Assembly: GCA_036172245.1 (NCBI GenBank)
Contig: JAYWIR010000028.1
Location: 682,001 to 746,000, forward strand
DNA from: Raillietiella orientalis
Taxonomy: Eukaryota
Direction: 5' to 3'
Length of the DNA stretch: 64,000 nucleotides
Part shown: piece after piece, positions 11,418 to 23,862 of the stretch
Layout of the letters: each line of letters starts with the position of its first letter
How positions within the stretch are numbered: position 1 is the first letter of the stretch
Translations under genes and position numbers: made by a program
Notes under the pieces: generated by a model
Told to the model about the DNA's origin: nothing
The model's input: only the letters and a program-made list of their open reading frames with translations
Databases searched by the model: none

Positions 11418-14400
11418 CTAAGGGAATGCAAAGGTGATCATTCTTCCGTTGCTCACGGTGGTGAATTGACAGTCAAAATCAATAGCAGATGGTTATGCAG
11501 AATTTGATGCGTGCACGATATCGATTTGTCTGCTCTGATCTGTGAGATATAAGAGGATGCAAACGATCCTGGAATACGGGAAGCGGAAGGAGAACCTATC
11601 AAAGAATCCTAAGCGAGAAGAATGCGTTAGCTGCCGATCTGTTGTTTTGTTTGCTCCAGGGAATGCAAATTGATTTTCTCGAATTCTAAGGGAGAATTTA
11701 AAATGCCACCAGTGCTCACTGGAGATGAGCGAACAAGATAGTTCGAGGTTTCTAAGCATCTCAGTTTTCTAAGCATCGGTTCGTTTTAGCCTTTGAGTGC
11801 AACAACCATGAGAAATTTGGAACTTTTTCCTTTCTACTGAACGGGCGAATCGGTCGGAATGGTGACAAGCAGAATGCCTCGATGGCACTGGACGTTGGCA
11901 TTTCCATTTCTGCCTATCCATTAGTTGGCTTTCGCCATCTATAATTCTAATTGATCAGTGGATCATTTGCACTTCGAACCATCAGGCGCTCATCAACTTT
12001 GGCTGGCCTGCTCATTGAAGGCTCATTTATTCAGCTGCACGAAATTGTCCACTGTCACTGCACAGGTCCCGGAAAACTTGAAACGCATTTTCCATAGTTC
12101 CACTCCTTCATTCTTTCCATAGTTGGGTTCCAGATTGCATTCCTGCCTCTTGAGAAGGACGACTTCTTCATGGGACACCAAGCTCGAAGCCCGAGGTGGA
12201 GAGGAATATTCACGAAATCTCTTTTCTGGAAGAGCACAGAGTCACGGAAGCGTGGGAACGTTGGGTTTAAGGTAGAGGGAGGCCAATGGAAGGGGCTGCA
12301 GAGAAATTCAAGTGGTTTTTGAACAGTGGTGACGACGCACCCAGGAAGAAGAGACCGAATTCCACTTTCACTGAATTCCCTACGAATCGAAGAGGAACAA
12401 CTGCTTCCCGGACAGTGGCAGCAAAACCTATGAGACACTCTTTTTGAAACAAGCATTACGAAGAGCACGGGTGAAGGAGTGCTTCAGTTGCTTCAGTCAG
12501 TACCACTGTGTCCGCCCCCGAAAACGGTGTGAGCAAGCATTTCCAGGGAATGCCAATGAGCTTTTCCTACTACGGTGCGGGAGATGAACCAGAAGATGCA
12601 GATGCGAGTGCATCGCTGGACTGTATCTAATGAACGCACGTATTTGATCAGCTGGTCATTACTGAAAATCGGAGGCGTGAAACATAATGGCCATTCATCT
12701 GAAGGATTGTTTCCTGGAGCATTCGAGCCATACGGATCACTACGGTGTTGCAAAGTTTCCATGCCAGTTGCAGTCCACCTTTTGTGGTGGATGTCTCCTA
12801 GAGCGATCGCACCGGGGAGAACGAGAGGGCAAAGAGACCTGTCAAGGAGTGTACAAGGAGCCATACGGGATGAGCTGGTTACTGATCTGAGTGCATTCTA
12901 TGCAGGCCGAACCTTTGAATTTCAAGCCACCCTCAAGGCATAAATCATCGGGGTGCCGGAAACACTAGTAAAGAGGCCACAAGTACCAGACATAGGATAA
13001 ACAAACAAGAGTAGAAGCAAGAAACAGAAATTAAAGATAAACAAACACCGCGAGAACAGTCCTCTCTCCTAGTGTGTTCCTCGCAGGATGGAACCACAAC
13101 GCGAGCAATCTTTCTGGAGCGACTCCCATGTCTGCTCCTGCTCTCGACATCCTCCTAACTGTTTCCTCCTCTAAGAAAGAGTTTTGATCGGAGTGCTCCT
13201 ATTGGTATAGAAAATCAAATAGCGCGCCGAGACATGTAGAGCTGAAACAAAACATTAAATGGGAAAATTTCCAGATTCCACCGCGATACATAGCGCTATT
13301 TATTCCTTGGAGCACGCAAATCTGTAGCGCTTCGCTGCTGCAGCACGGTTGCCTTATTCTTCTTCCGTTACTCGCAATGCCTTTGGCGTTATTTGATCTC
13401 GCTTGGTATTCCTTCTTCCGTTCGCTTGGGAGAGGAGAGTACTCATCTTTGAATTCCTTCAAGAACGACCGCTTTCTGTACCATTCGCCTATTGCGCTTC
13501 TTTTTGGTTGTCTTGGAGTTTCCCGCTTAAGAATGTCTTCCGTATTGAAATCCAATCTTCGTCTTGCATTTTGATGTTTTCGTTAGTTTGCCTTGATGCC
13601 TTTCGTTGCCTAGAGACCGATCCGCTGATCACTGATTCGTCTGCGTGCTCGGTTCGAAGATAGCTTAGGAATTTCATCGATTCTTTGGCAGTCATCCACA
13701 ATAGGTTACAAATCAGCAGAGAAAAGAAGACGGAAATCCACAGGAAGAAATAAAATCGGAGGAACACATCAGTGGTTGGAGTGCAGCAAAAAAGCTCCCC
13801 GATCCAAACACTGCTCCTTGCTTTACATCATCTGACTTTCATCCTATCTTAGAAAGCTTCCCGAAGATACAGTTTTCAACCAGTCTTGGAGACTTTTCTT
13901 TTTTTCCTGCTGTTCCTGGTTTTAGATTTGAAATGCCGGACAGTTCGTCCTCATCTGGCTCTCTTTTACACAGACGAAACGCGCACACTTTTCCATAGTT
14001 GGGTTCCGAGTTTCATTGAGTGACAGATTCTGATGCTGCAGTGTTGCAAGAGCATTCGTGTTCTCGAAGAGACTCCAGCTTACCTGCGAAATTTCGTATG
14101 ATGACTTCATAATGACTCTTGATGGAAGTGTCGAGGAGGGGGGAGGGGAGGAAGTTTCTTTTGGGGGCTGAATCACAAGACCTATGGAGTGTTGAGGGTT
14201 TCCTTACTACCGAGCAGCGAAGTCACCGGGCAACAGACTGCTGCTTCGTAACTGCGTCCTTTGGGCTCCACTGATTCCCTGGAATTCTCCCCGAATTCTC
14301 CCTGCAAATATCGTGAAACGTTGTAAGGTACTGTTCGTTTGGAGTGTTCTCGTCCAATTCTCCACTTCTTCCCTCCTATGTCCTCAATTAAATTCCTAGC

Positions 14401-15229
14401 AACGCTTCCGTTTCTCGGATAGGAGACCTTTCCCCTCCATTTCATCGGGACCGTTGCCATTAGTTAGTGAGCTATGATTTATTAAAGAAGCAAAAATCTC
14501 TTCATTTCATGCCCTGAAGTTTCCTCGTCCAGAATATTCGTTATTTCCTTGCGAAGAAGCGCAGGACAATCGTCCGGCCACTGAGGGGTAACCTGCTGAT
14601 TCCCGAATGTCTTGGAAACTAAAGAGATTATGTGATTTGAACCCGTGGAGGAACCTAAAAGAAATCACCGAAAAAGACGTCAGTGTTATCGGATTCAGAA
14701 AAGCGCCATGCCATTCTCTCATCCCAATGGGATTTCGATCGCTGATGAAACCAAGCATTAATGAAACAGTTCCATCATGGAAGCTTTCACACACACAAAA
14801 AAAATTCCCACAGCTTTGGAATGGCGTTTGAAAGTCGAGATGAAACTTGAAGTTCCATTATCGCATTCTTCTCGATGCAGCTTTTCCTCTAAGCCAAGCC
14901 AGCAGCACATTCTGTGGGTGTTCGTTTCCTCCCTGATCGCGCGGAAGATACCTTCTCAGAGGTGTCTCCTTGCAACTCTCACGAAGAATGCGAGTAGGTA
15001 CGGATGCCACGCAAACTTCCCGTTTTCAGGGGCGCTACTGATCGGAGAAGCTGCAAAGACATACCGTGCTTTGGAAGCATCGCTCAGCTCGACTAATGCA
15101 AATTGCAAGCAGACTCGAAACTACGCAAGTGCAAAGGGTTTCACAGTTTCACAACAAGCAATTCACAATGAGCATGACACATGAAACAGGTGGAAGCCAC
15201 GAGAGTTCGTATGACTTTGTTCACCGTAC

Positions 15230-15300
15230 CTCGAAGTTCAACTTCCCAGGCATCTGCGTCTTCAGCGTCCGGAACACTAAACGAGCGTAGCTGGTTGCAT
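15230..15300 (-). CDS. KCNIP: KChIP/NCS-family protein, EF2 exon ((D)ATSYARLVFRTLKTQMPGKLNFE)
   Basis: 71 bp, phase 1/0. Acceptor ttttcag|AT, donor GAG|gtacgg. Size and content match the KChIP exon DxxxYAxxxFxxxxxxxxGxxxFE, and it joins both neighbours in frame. Confidence 0.88.
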
Positions 15301-18249
15301 CTGAAAATGTCGAGAGCACCAGGAAAAGCGGCAAGTGACCAAGGTCTGAGCAAGGTCAGGTCGAAGCGACCAGCCTTGAAGCATCAAAAATGAAATCGGA
15401 AGGGCGCGTGGTTTTCACGAATCTCGTCCAGATCTTTCTGCTGAGGATCAATCTGAATCGGATGTTCGGTGCCAAGAGCTCCAAATCTCTGCTGATCGAC
15501 TCGAGGCACCCTCGGATTCCCTTCCAGATGTCCTGGAACCCGACTTCGACTTGGCATGCCTAATTCTGTGGCATGCCTTGTACCTAGTGGCCATGACAAA
15601 ATAGGCGTAGGATGCGCATTGACATGCATGCACGGTTGTTAAGGATGGGTACGAAACAAATTAGTGGATGGGCAGCCGTCGAGCCACTGTTCATTCATTC
15701 TTTTCTTTCGGCTTCATTCTTCATTACTGATATTAGGTTGTGGCTGTGAGCCCGATTATCAAGATGTTATTAATGCATTATTATACTTGTTTATATTGTA
15801 TTCATGTGATCACCAAACCCAAGCATATTAAGAAAAGCTCTTATGAAATCCTTTTTTCATCCAAAAATAAAGAAAAAAATCCGAGATTTTGGGAGTTTTT
15901 CAGAGGTAAGCAAGGAGAAATAAACCCGGAACCATCCATTCTCTTTGATAATCCCAAATTTCAAATCAAAGAAAATTCTCCGACGTCTACACATCGCACC
16001 CGACTGAACTTTCCAAGTTTCACTGATTTTTGGTCCAGCGATTTTTTTTTTATGGAGGCAAAAACCAGCTACAGTATGCCTCCTCACTCATTAATTACGC
16101 CTAAAGTACAAAGGCTAAAAGAGCATCGTGTCCCTGCGTGTCCCTCTGTCTGCAAGAGCTGCTTCCACATTTTCCAAGATGAAGCACCGGATTTGCTGGT
16201 GCTTCATCTCTTGCGGACTGTGAACGGTAGAAGACGGGAACTTGGAATGTTCGGCGGCAAGAACTCGTTTAAGGGGGAGCTACCTACAAACACCCACAAG
16301 AACGGGCTCAGGGCACTGGGTTCACTCTCCTGAAGACCCCAAACCGCCCTCGGCAACCGTTTGGAAGGCAGCTATCGAACACACCATGCAACCACCTTGG
16401 ATTGCCCAACAGGTAAGGGGAAAGTCTGTGAGTTTGCAAAGAATCTTCAGCACCCATCGTCTGCCATGTGTTCCTCCTGGGAGTGGCTTTGCCTCTATTC
16501 TGGGCTTGCCGCTTGTGCGGACTCCAAATTACGGATGATGCATCAGAGAAAATTTCCATCAACAATTTTTTTTAAGAAAAAATCGCAAAGTTAACAGAAA
16601 AATAGATGTAGCAGATAACGCAGAGTGTAAGATGTCTATGGTTTTCGTGCAAAGATTCGTGAATTCTTCCGATGAAAGAAGAGACGAAACGTTGGTCAGT
16701 TGACATGGAATCTTCCTTACCCAAGTCTTTAAAAACCAACCGACACCCAAAGAAAAAAAAAAAAAAAAACGTGAACAGGATTGATCCCAAAGAACTCTGT
16801 ATCTTGGATCACAAATACAGTCCTATTTACCCAATGTTTCTGGATAAGAGGATTAAACACACTCCCTCGTAATTCGTGAATTTCTACAGGCGGTTTCAGC
16901 CACTTCTCCTCCCAGTTCATTCTTCTCTCAGAATGTTAATGACTCTCAGTTGGCACCCAAAAAATTCAGTGCACGAAACGGTTGTTTTTTCATCGTGGAC
17001 AGTGATGCTAAAAACCCAACGACCGACAAATTCCCAAGGGGAAAGATGTGAACAGAGATCGCTTGCAGAGATAAGAAATACCCTCGCCCAGACGAGAAGC
17101 CGGAGGACTATCTTGCAGAGCATCTCCTATTTGCAAGCTGTGAAATCATGGCAAGCATTTCGACGCGCAAGGCAGCTTCCTGTCAAAGGGTTCGCAACCA
17201 TGCAACTTTTCTCTTCGATACAGATGAGTGCTTGCAAGTACCACTCTCGCGGGGCGCGGAGGGCATCTTCGAAGCGCCAAGGACGGTCACCCTCGAAGGA
17301 TGGGTGATTAGCAAGTCTACTACTAAACTAAGTAACTGTCTGCAGCACCCCTTTCTGACGCACTATGAACAAATCGTTTCCCAACCATTCCCAGCAGTTT
17401 CCTTGGAACTGCCATCTATTTTTTTTTTTTTTTTTTTTAACCCATGCTGCTTACCTGAATGTATTTTCGCACCGAGGAAAGTTGTGCAGACGAGGAAAAG
17501 TCATTCTTTGCCTAAAAGCTTCAACTTTGTAAGGAAAACGTAAAGTCGGTTGCTGGAATGTGCTTCTCGAACACACACCGCTGAGTATTCCACTTCCCTT
17601 CGAAAGATCAAGTGTGTTTTACACTGTGTTTCTGTCTAGTGTCTGAACCCATTCGCGTGTTCCTGGGCCATACTTTTGTGATTCCCAGCAGCAGCATTTC
17701 AGCGTGGTTTCTCAAAAATGAATCCAGTGTTTCCGGGATTGGAACATTCCGATCGTGCAACAGCAACAAAAGTGTTGCAAAACACTACGTCGAGCACGCA
17801 TAGTCATAAAATTTGATACAAGGGTCACATGCTCCTCTCAGGGTTCTGTAATTCCCTACCATTCTCCCAGAATGACCGTAATGTGAGTCTAAAGGAGTCA
17901 TTCCAATTACGAGATGGGGAGGCGCAGAAATCCGTGACACGGGCGACCTATTTCCAAATCTTGATTAAAATCTGTCTGCTCCACCTATGCACACGAACTA
18001 TCTTACATGACGTTTTTCGACAAAAAAGACAGACAGTCTCTTTCGTTTCTAGGGAAGCCTTGGGCTGCAACTCCGGAAAAAAAAAAAGAAAAAGAAAATC
18101 GTCGGATAGTAAAGGATAATGAGCATCCTTTTGAGTGTGAGTTTTTAGGAAATCAGATGCTGATGATGCTGGTTGACAGGAGGAATCTCAAACGGACGTG
18201 AACGGCGCCGAAACGGCCCTAAAAACTTCGCACGTAAAGTTGATGCTCA

Positions 18250-19750
18250 TTACATCATCGCTCGAGTGTCCCACAGACGGAAACCTTCCTCAGCCTCCAG
18301 CCTTCGTCAGTTTCTCCTGGGTTTGAACCCTTTTCTTCCTGTCAAAGGATGCTGTGCTTTGTGTGGTTCAAGATGAGCGCCCGATCCGACAGATGTCTTC
18401 GGAGGAACTGAGCAGCTTCCTCCTTTGAAATCCTCTTTGAAAGCAGCAAACAGCGACCCATCGTCTGCTGGCGGATGGCCAGTGAGGCAAACGGCTGCAG
18501 AGCTTCCAACACACTCCTCGAGATCGGGTACCCCAATGCTGGGTGTTGGACACAAAATCTTCAGTGTTGCTCTGTTGAAATGCTCCTGGCTCGTGCTCTG
18601 TCTCACATAAGTCTGAGTCACCCGCCCTGGTGTTTCCTTTCGGACGGGTTTTCTCCCGCCTCTGCTGGCTCTTCGACACTCGGAAAAATAAGAAATGCAA
18701 TTTTTGTTTCCCTCCACATTCCGTGTTTTGGAGACCGACTGATTAGCGGCTGTTCCGGATGGAGTCCTCTTCTTGCCTGATTCCTCCAGAGAGCACTCAG
18801 ACCTGGGCTCCTAATTCCAAGCGACTCCTTCGGTGGAATTTCGAAATTTGTCTCTGGAATGGATGCCGACTCAGATTTCATAGCTAGGAGATTTTGGCCA
18901 CGAGGACGTGACAACATAAAAGCTCAAGACAATGGAGCAAAGAACATCTTCAGCTGTTGGTAGCTTCTCACACTGTGACCATCAGCTGGAAAAAGACCTC
19001 CTCGCCACGATTTTCGCGTTTGGAATTACAAAGAGGAGTGCGACGTACTTTAATACTAGGAGCCGAGATATGCGGGCTCTAGGGGATGGTGTCGGAACTG
19101 TTGCTAATATGCCTCTGTCTCAAAAAGGAATCGCCACTAGTGCTGATGGCTCTGTGCTGAGGCAGGAAGTCTGGAAGTTTCTTCCTTCCATTTCTCCCTA
19201 AATGCATTTTGGATTCCTAATGTTCGATGATTCCATCTGGGAATTTCTTATGTGCATCATCCGCAACTATGAACTCGTTCATGTACCACCATTACAGATT
19301 CCTATGCTGCTACACAACCATCCCTGGAACACGCACGATAAGAGCTTTTCGAGCGAGGGAGTGTTCACAGTGAAGAGTCGGCCGTTTGGGAGTTTTGCGT
19401 TGAACTCTGTGTCCTCTAAGTGGAAGGAGTTTGCTTCTGGCCCGGAGAGGAGAAAACATCCACAAAGTTTGCACGAGTCCTCTTCAGGAGCATTTCGAAA
19501 TCCAGTTCGCCGTCTGGCCAGATGTTCCGTCTTTACCCAAGCGATGTGGAAAATTCTGTTACTTTACTTTTGCTTTCCAGAAAGAATCCTGGAGTACCAC
19601 AAGTGCCAGCTGATGCCATCGGTTTTCAAGAGTCGATAAAGTTCGAAGTTTCTGCCTCGCAGGTCGCCCTTTCGCAAGGAGCAGTAAAGGTCTGCCACGC
19701 AACCGAGATGGGGCAGCAGCGACGAGAAGCCGTCCTCACAGACGCCTGAA
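18250..19750 (-). mobile_element. Heavily decayed non-LTR reverse transcriptase remnant
   Basis: Minus-strand motif traces in RT order: KTDGISWHLW (PGxDGI-like), KDGTSGQTANW (K.G...NWRPI-like), LKYV (KYLG-like), LCPTPSIGVPDLEE (thumb-like). Many stops and frameshifts; limits approximate. Confidence 0.45.
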
Positions 19751-19891
19751 GATGAGAAAGGCCTCATCAGGTAGAAGCGGTAGAGGAGGAGGTCGCCTAT
19801 ATCTCGCTGAGGCTGCAGAAGACATAGAGCTATTCTAGTAGCCTCTCTGTTTATTTGCTACGTTCATCTCATCAGCCCGCAAACTCTGTAT

Positions 19892-19923
19892 GACCTGCGA
19901 GTCGGTGCACCGACTCGCAGGTC
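19892..19923. repeat. Perfect 32-bp palindrome
   Basis: gacctgcgagtcggtg|caccgactcgcaggtc equals its own reverse complement, with no spacer. Confidence 0.95.
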
Positions 19924-22900
19924 GGCTGCACACTGGTCCCTCCTCCCTGGTCTCGTACGACCTCACATAGGAACGCGGTTCCTACCCTTCCATGATAAGC
20001 GATCTGGAGATACGCAAGTGAAAGAATGCCATGCTTCGCAACCTGGTGTTTCCGGTCCTAAGAGATTCAGTAGCTGCCACAAAATGGCTCAGGGTTCGGC
20101 TCGCAGATGGCAAAACGACATGCTGGGAACCAGCTCTCATCATGCTGGGAGCTGGTTCCCAGCTAGAAAGACCTCTTGCTGAGAAGGAACGGTAAAGCCT
20201 TGCATCGCGTCTCTCCAGAAGGCGCATGGATGCGCAAAAGCGGTAAAAACTTAATCCAACATCTTTCTTAAGCTTCAGAAAACGTTCCTCCACGTAAGAA
20301 AGGTGTCTGTTTCTTCCGCATAGGGCTGACCTCGAATGACTTCGAGGAAGTGAAAATAATCACAGAAGTGAGAATTCCAGAGGTGTCTTTCGGGGATTGG
20401 AATCAGCGCACCAGAAGCTCCATCCCTGTAACTAACACAGGAGAAAGTCATCATCGGCTAAAGGACCCAAAAAACTAGGGTTCTCAAAGTGCTGTGGAAG
20501 AGAAGCTCACCGCAGAAACGCCCAAGCTCTGTGTGCATTCTCATCGATTGCAATCAGGATTTCGGATCTCTGAAGGAACGGCTTGCTTTCCACAGCTTCA
20601 TGAAGAGCTTCGTGCATTTGGTCACTCTGACGCAACGTGCGCTCCGATCTTACAGATGATCGTGAGAACCGCAGGAGTTTCAGTCGGCCACAATCATTGC
20701 GAGGAATATTCCAAAAAGTACTTAGAAGATAACTATCAGTCTGAATGGAACGATGCTTTTTTAGATGCCCTCGGGGTGCATAGATCTTGAAGGTTGGGTT
20801 TGGCGTGACAGAATAACCGAGCACGTTCGTCTTTAAGCGTGAACCGGAAAATCCCCTGTGCCACGATGAGCGGCATCACTGACGAAAGTATTTGGAGTGG
20901 ATAAATGCGCTTTAGGGAGGAGAGACGAGGGACGAGAGATGCGAACCGCTGAATCCTAGAATTGAGCACGCGAAGCTGTTGCAGCATATCAGGTGCAAAA
21001 CTTGCTGGTGAAGCGGGAGGGTCTCTGGTGACCTCGGGAGAAAGCGAAGACGCGTCCGACTCTCCTCTACTAGATCGACGTTCGCAAGGTCACTCCTAGG
21101 AAGGAGGAAAGATGAGAGTGATCATGTTTCTCAGAACGATCAGGGAGTGTCATCGGAACTCGGAAAGCCATGAGGACTCTCATCATTGGGAAATTTGCAT
21201 CAACAAGTACACCGTGTGTGTGCCCTTGAGGAAAAAGCTACCAGCTGGAAAAACGAAAGGTTCAACACGAGACTGTTCTGGAACTCGGGAGGTATACAAG
21301 GGAAGAGAAAGGGAAATGTGGATAGCTTCCGCCTCTGGATCACGTCTCGAGCTGGCTTCCGGCTCCGAATTTTCCGAGGTTTTCATGGATCCTTATAGTC
21401 ACCATATCTTTTTCCTAAGGCTTTTTTTTTCTGAGTTTTTTCTCCGCAGAGAAGTTTGATCTACTCGGTGAGCCGCACCATACCTGCACAAAGGTCCTGT
21501 CTTCTGTGTTTTCTGTCATTCTCTGCGACCATGGAGCATGCGTGGGGGGCGTCCTTGTCGGAGGAAAGAAAAGATGCTGTGTCTTTCGATCACGAAGAGT
21601 CGCACCCGGAAAGCAGAATGTACCGACTTTTCGGAGTTTCGATGTAGTGCAATCCCCTGCAGCGTCGTTCTTGCTTGGAGTTTAGTAGCAAAGACAAGGA
21701 CAGGACTGAGTTTCCGTTCTTCCCTGAAGCGCTTGGTGATCTCCCAGGCTACGACTTAATCCCTCCTTCCACGTTACCACCATCGGTTTCTTGGAAAGCA
21801 TTGGGAAACAAAAGCAAACACAGAATAGCTTAGGCAGCAGCTTTTGACACGGAACCTTTGGAATCTTATGTAAACATCCCTGAAACACACAGTTTTTCGG
21901 CTTTCATTCAACACATCCTGCCTGAGTCGTAGCGAAGCATGGGGAATCTCTTAATGAGAGAAGAAGATTGAAAGATGGACGTCCCGAACATCCATCTTCA
22001 GAAACGAACTCCAAACCCTGTATGGGCGAACAGCCTCCAATTGTGGGGCATAGTCAGAGCATTTCCGCTTTCCTCCAGCTGAAGTCATTATAGTTCCCTT
22101 GGATTCGAAAAAGGAGATTCCCTTGGAGTTTTCCCGCTCGTGGATCCCACTTTCGATACAGTCAGTGACCAGTTCGAGGCAGAGGGGAGGGAACTGGGAG
22201 AACATCAAGAAAGGCTAGGAGGATAAGGCTGCGAAGTTGCTTAGGGCCGTTCCGTGGAATGACACTCGAGAAACTCCCGCAGAAGCAGGAGGAACCAGAT
22301 TCCCGTTCATCTGAAAGTCACTCTCGAACGAGGAATCTTCTAAGCCTTTTGAGTATCATGAGGAGAGTCCGGAGCAGCGTGCTCTGCTGGCCGCAAAGCT
22401 GACGGCCACTGATGAAGGCAATTTGCTTTTAGCAAATGGAAACACCCACACGTAGCGGGAAGAGAACGAAGAAACGCAAAGGAAGCGATGATTTGTTCCC
22501 TGTCGAAAATCCGCCTGTGCCATCTTAGGACGCACACTCTGGTCCCCAGCGATCAAACTAGAACAGCAGGAACAGCTCATTTGAGATGAAGATCGAGGAA
22601 AGGTACATCGGCGTGGGAGATCCCTCTCTTTGTGCGAGGACATGAAGAGGGAAGGGACTCCTCACGACGAACCCGGAATTCGGAAGTGGAGCAAGATGCG
22701 AGGATTTCTGGCACGCACTCTCCTTATACACCAAGATGCTGCGACTTGTATGCTTGCGATTGACTTTCGGATTCCCAGGCAGGAGATCGGATCATTCCAT
22801 GCATCCATTCTTTTAGCGAGGTGCACGTGATGCGACCAAATTCAGAAATGATTCTTCAACAGGTGCGAATTAATTAATAACAGCTCTTGCAAATACGTGA

Positions 22901-23792
22901 GAGTGCTGCTCTAAACTATCACTTCCTGCTCGCCTTCCCCATTGTGCTTGAGCATCCCCCCCCCCCCCCCTGTCGATGAAAAAAAATCATCCATCAATCC
23001 TAGAATGCGGTGGTTCTGACCCATCCTCACACTCGGATGTTGAAGGAAAGAGATGTAAGAAGGGCGGAAAACATGTTGAAATAGGACGGTGCCTCCTATC
23101 TTGTGCAGATGCAGCCTCACCAATGGCTAGGAGAGTGATCCACTCAAACTCAGTCGAGAAACATAACGAAGGGCTTTAAGCAGGGGAAGAAACCATGCTG
23201 CTACCACTTCCATCCCAAACTGAATGGGGAGAATCGCATGGGAAAGTTTTGCCCCTTTTCCAGAAAACAGATCAATTTCCGACAAGGTGTGGAGCGAAAA
23301 GTGAGGTGACCAGATGGAACCTCTTAATTGATTTCCCAAGTAAAACAAATGAATTGAAAAAAGCAGGAATTTTTGGGTGGTACCGTGGAGCTCAAATGAA
23401 ACTGTGGTGAGTGATGGGGAGATGTAGGACTCAGCTGGCAACCGATTAAACGATCCCTGGATTCTGAATGGCTCAGGTTACGGAAAATGAGCGAAGCAAT
23501 GCTCTCAGCATTGCTCCTCGCGCTCTGTCTGGATGCACAGAATCTGTGGAAACCGTGGAGCAGTGCCACATCTGTGGTCGACCCTTGCCACGAGGTTTGT
23601 ATTACTTTGCCCCCTTTCTCGACCCACTGGGTCCCCGCCGAGTCGGCTCGGCAACCCATCTTCTTTCCCTTCCTCCCTTGCTCCCGAAGAAGAGAGATCC
23701 GACGAGCAGAGCCGGTGAGCTCGCCGGGACGAACCGTCCACAGTCGAACTTCCAGAGTCGACGTCATGCAGAGAAATGGCAGTTTGACGTAC

Positions 23793-23862
23793 CTCCGAAT
23801 GGGAAGAAGTGTCGGAAGATTTCGACAAACTCGTTCTCGTAGACGAATCCTTTGGGGCTGTG
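23793..23862 (-). CDS. KCNIP: KChIP/NCS-family protein, EF1 exon (HSPKGFVYENEFVEIFRHFFPFG)
   Basis: 70 bp, phase 0/1. Acceptor cctttcag|CAC, donor GGAG|gtacgt. Matches the xCPxGxxxxxxFxxIxxxFFPxG exon of KChIP/NCS genes. Confidence 0.9.

Noticed and set aside
13199..13555. ORF with faint resemblance to a Tc1/IS630-type transposase
   Set aside because: No DDE residues, no LNPIE-type motif and no terminal inverted repeats could be identified.
17604..17616. aagatcaagtgt matching part of U2 snRNA (the Utopia target)
   Set aside because: Only ~12 nt match, the flanks do not resemble U2, and no element junction is adjacent.
20760..20824. TFKIYAPRG resembling the KChIP EF1 exon
   Set aside because: No suitable splice sites, and the true 70-bp exon is at 23793-23862.
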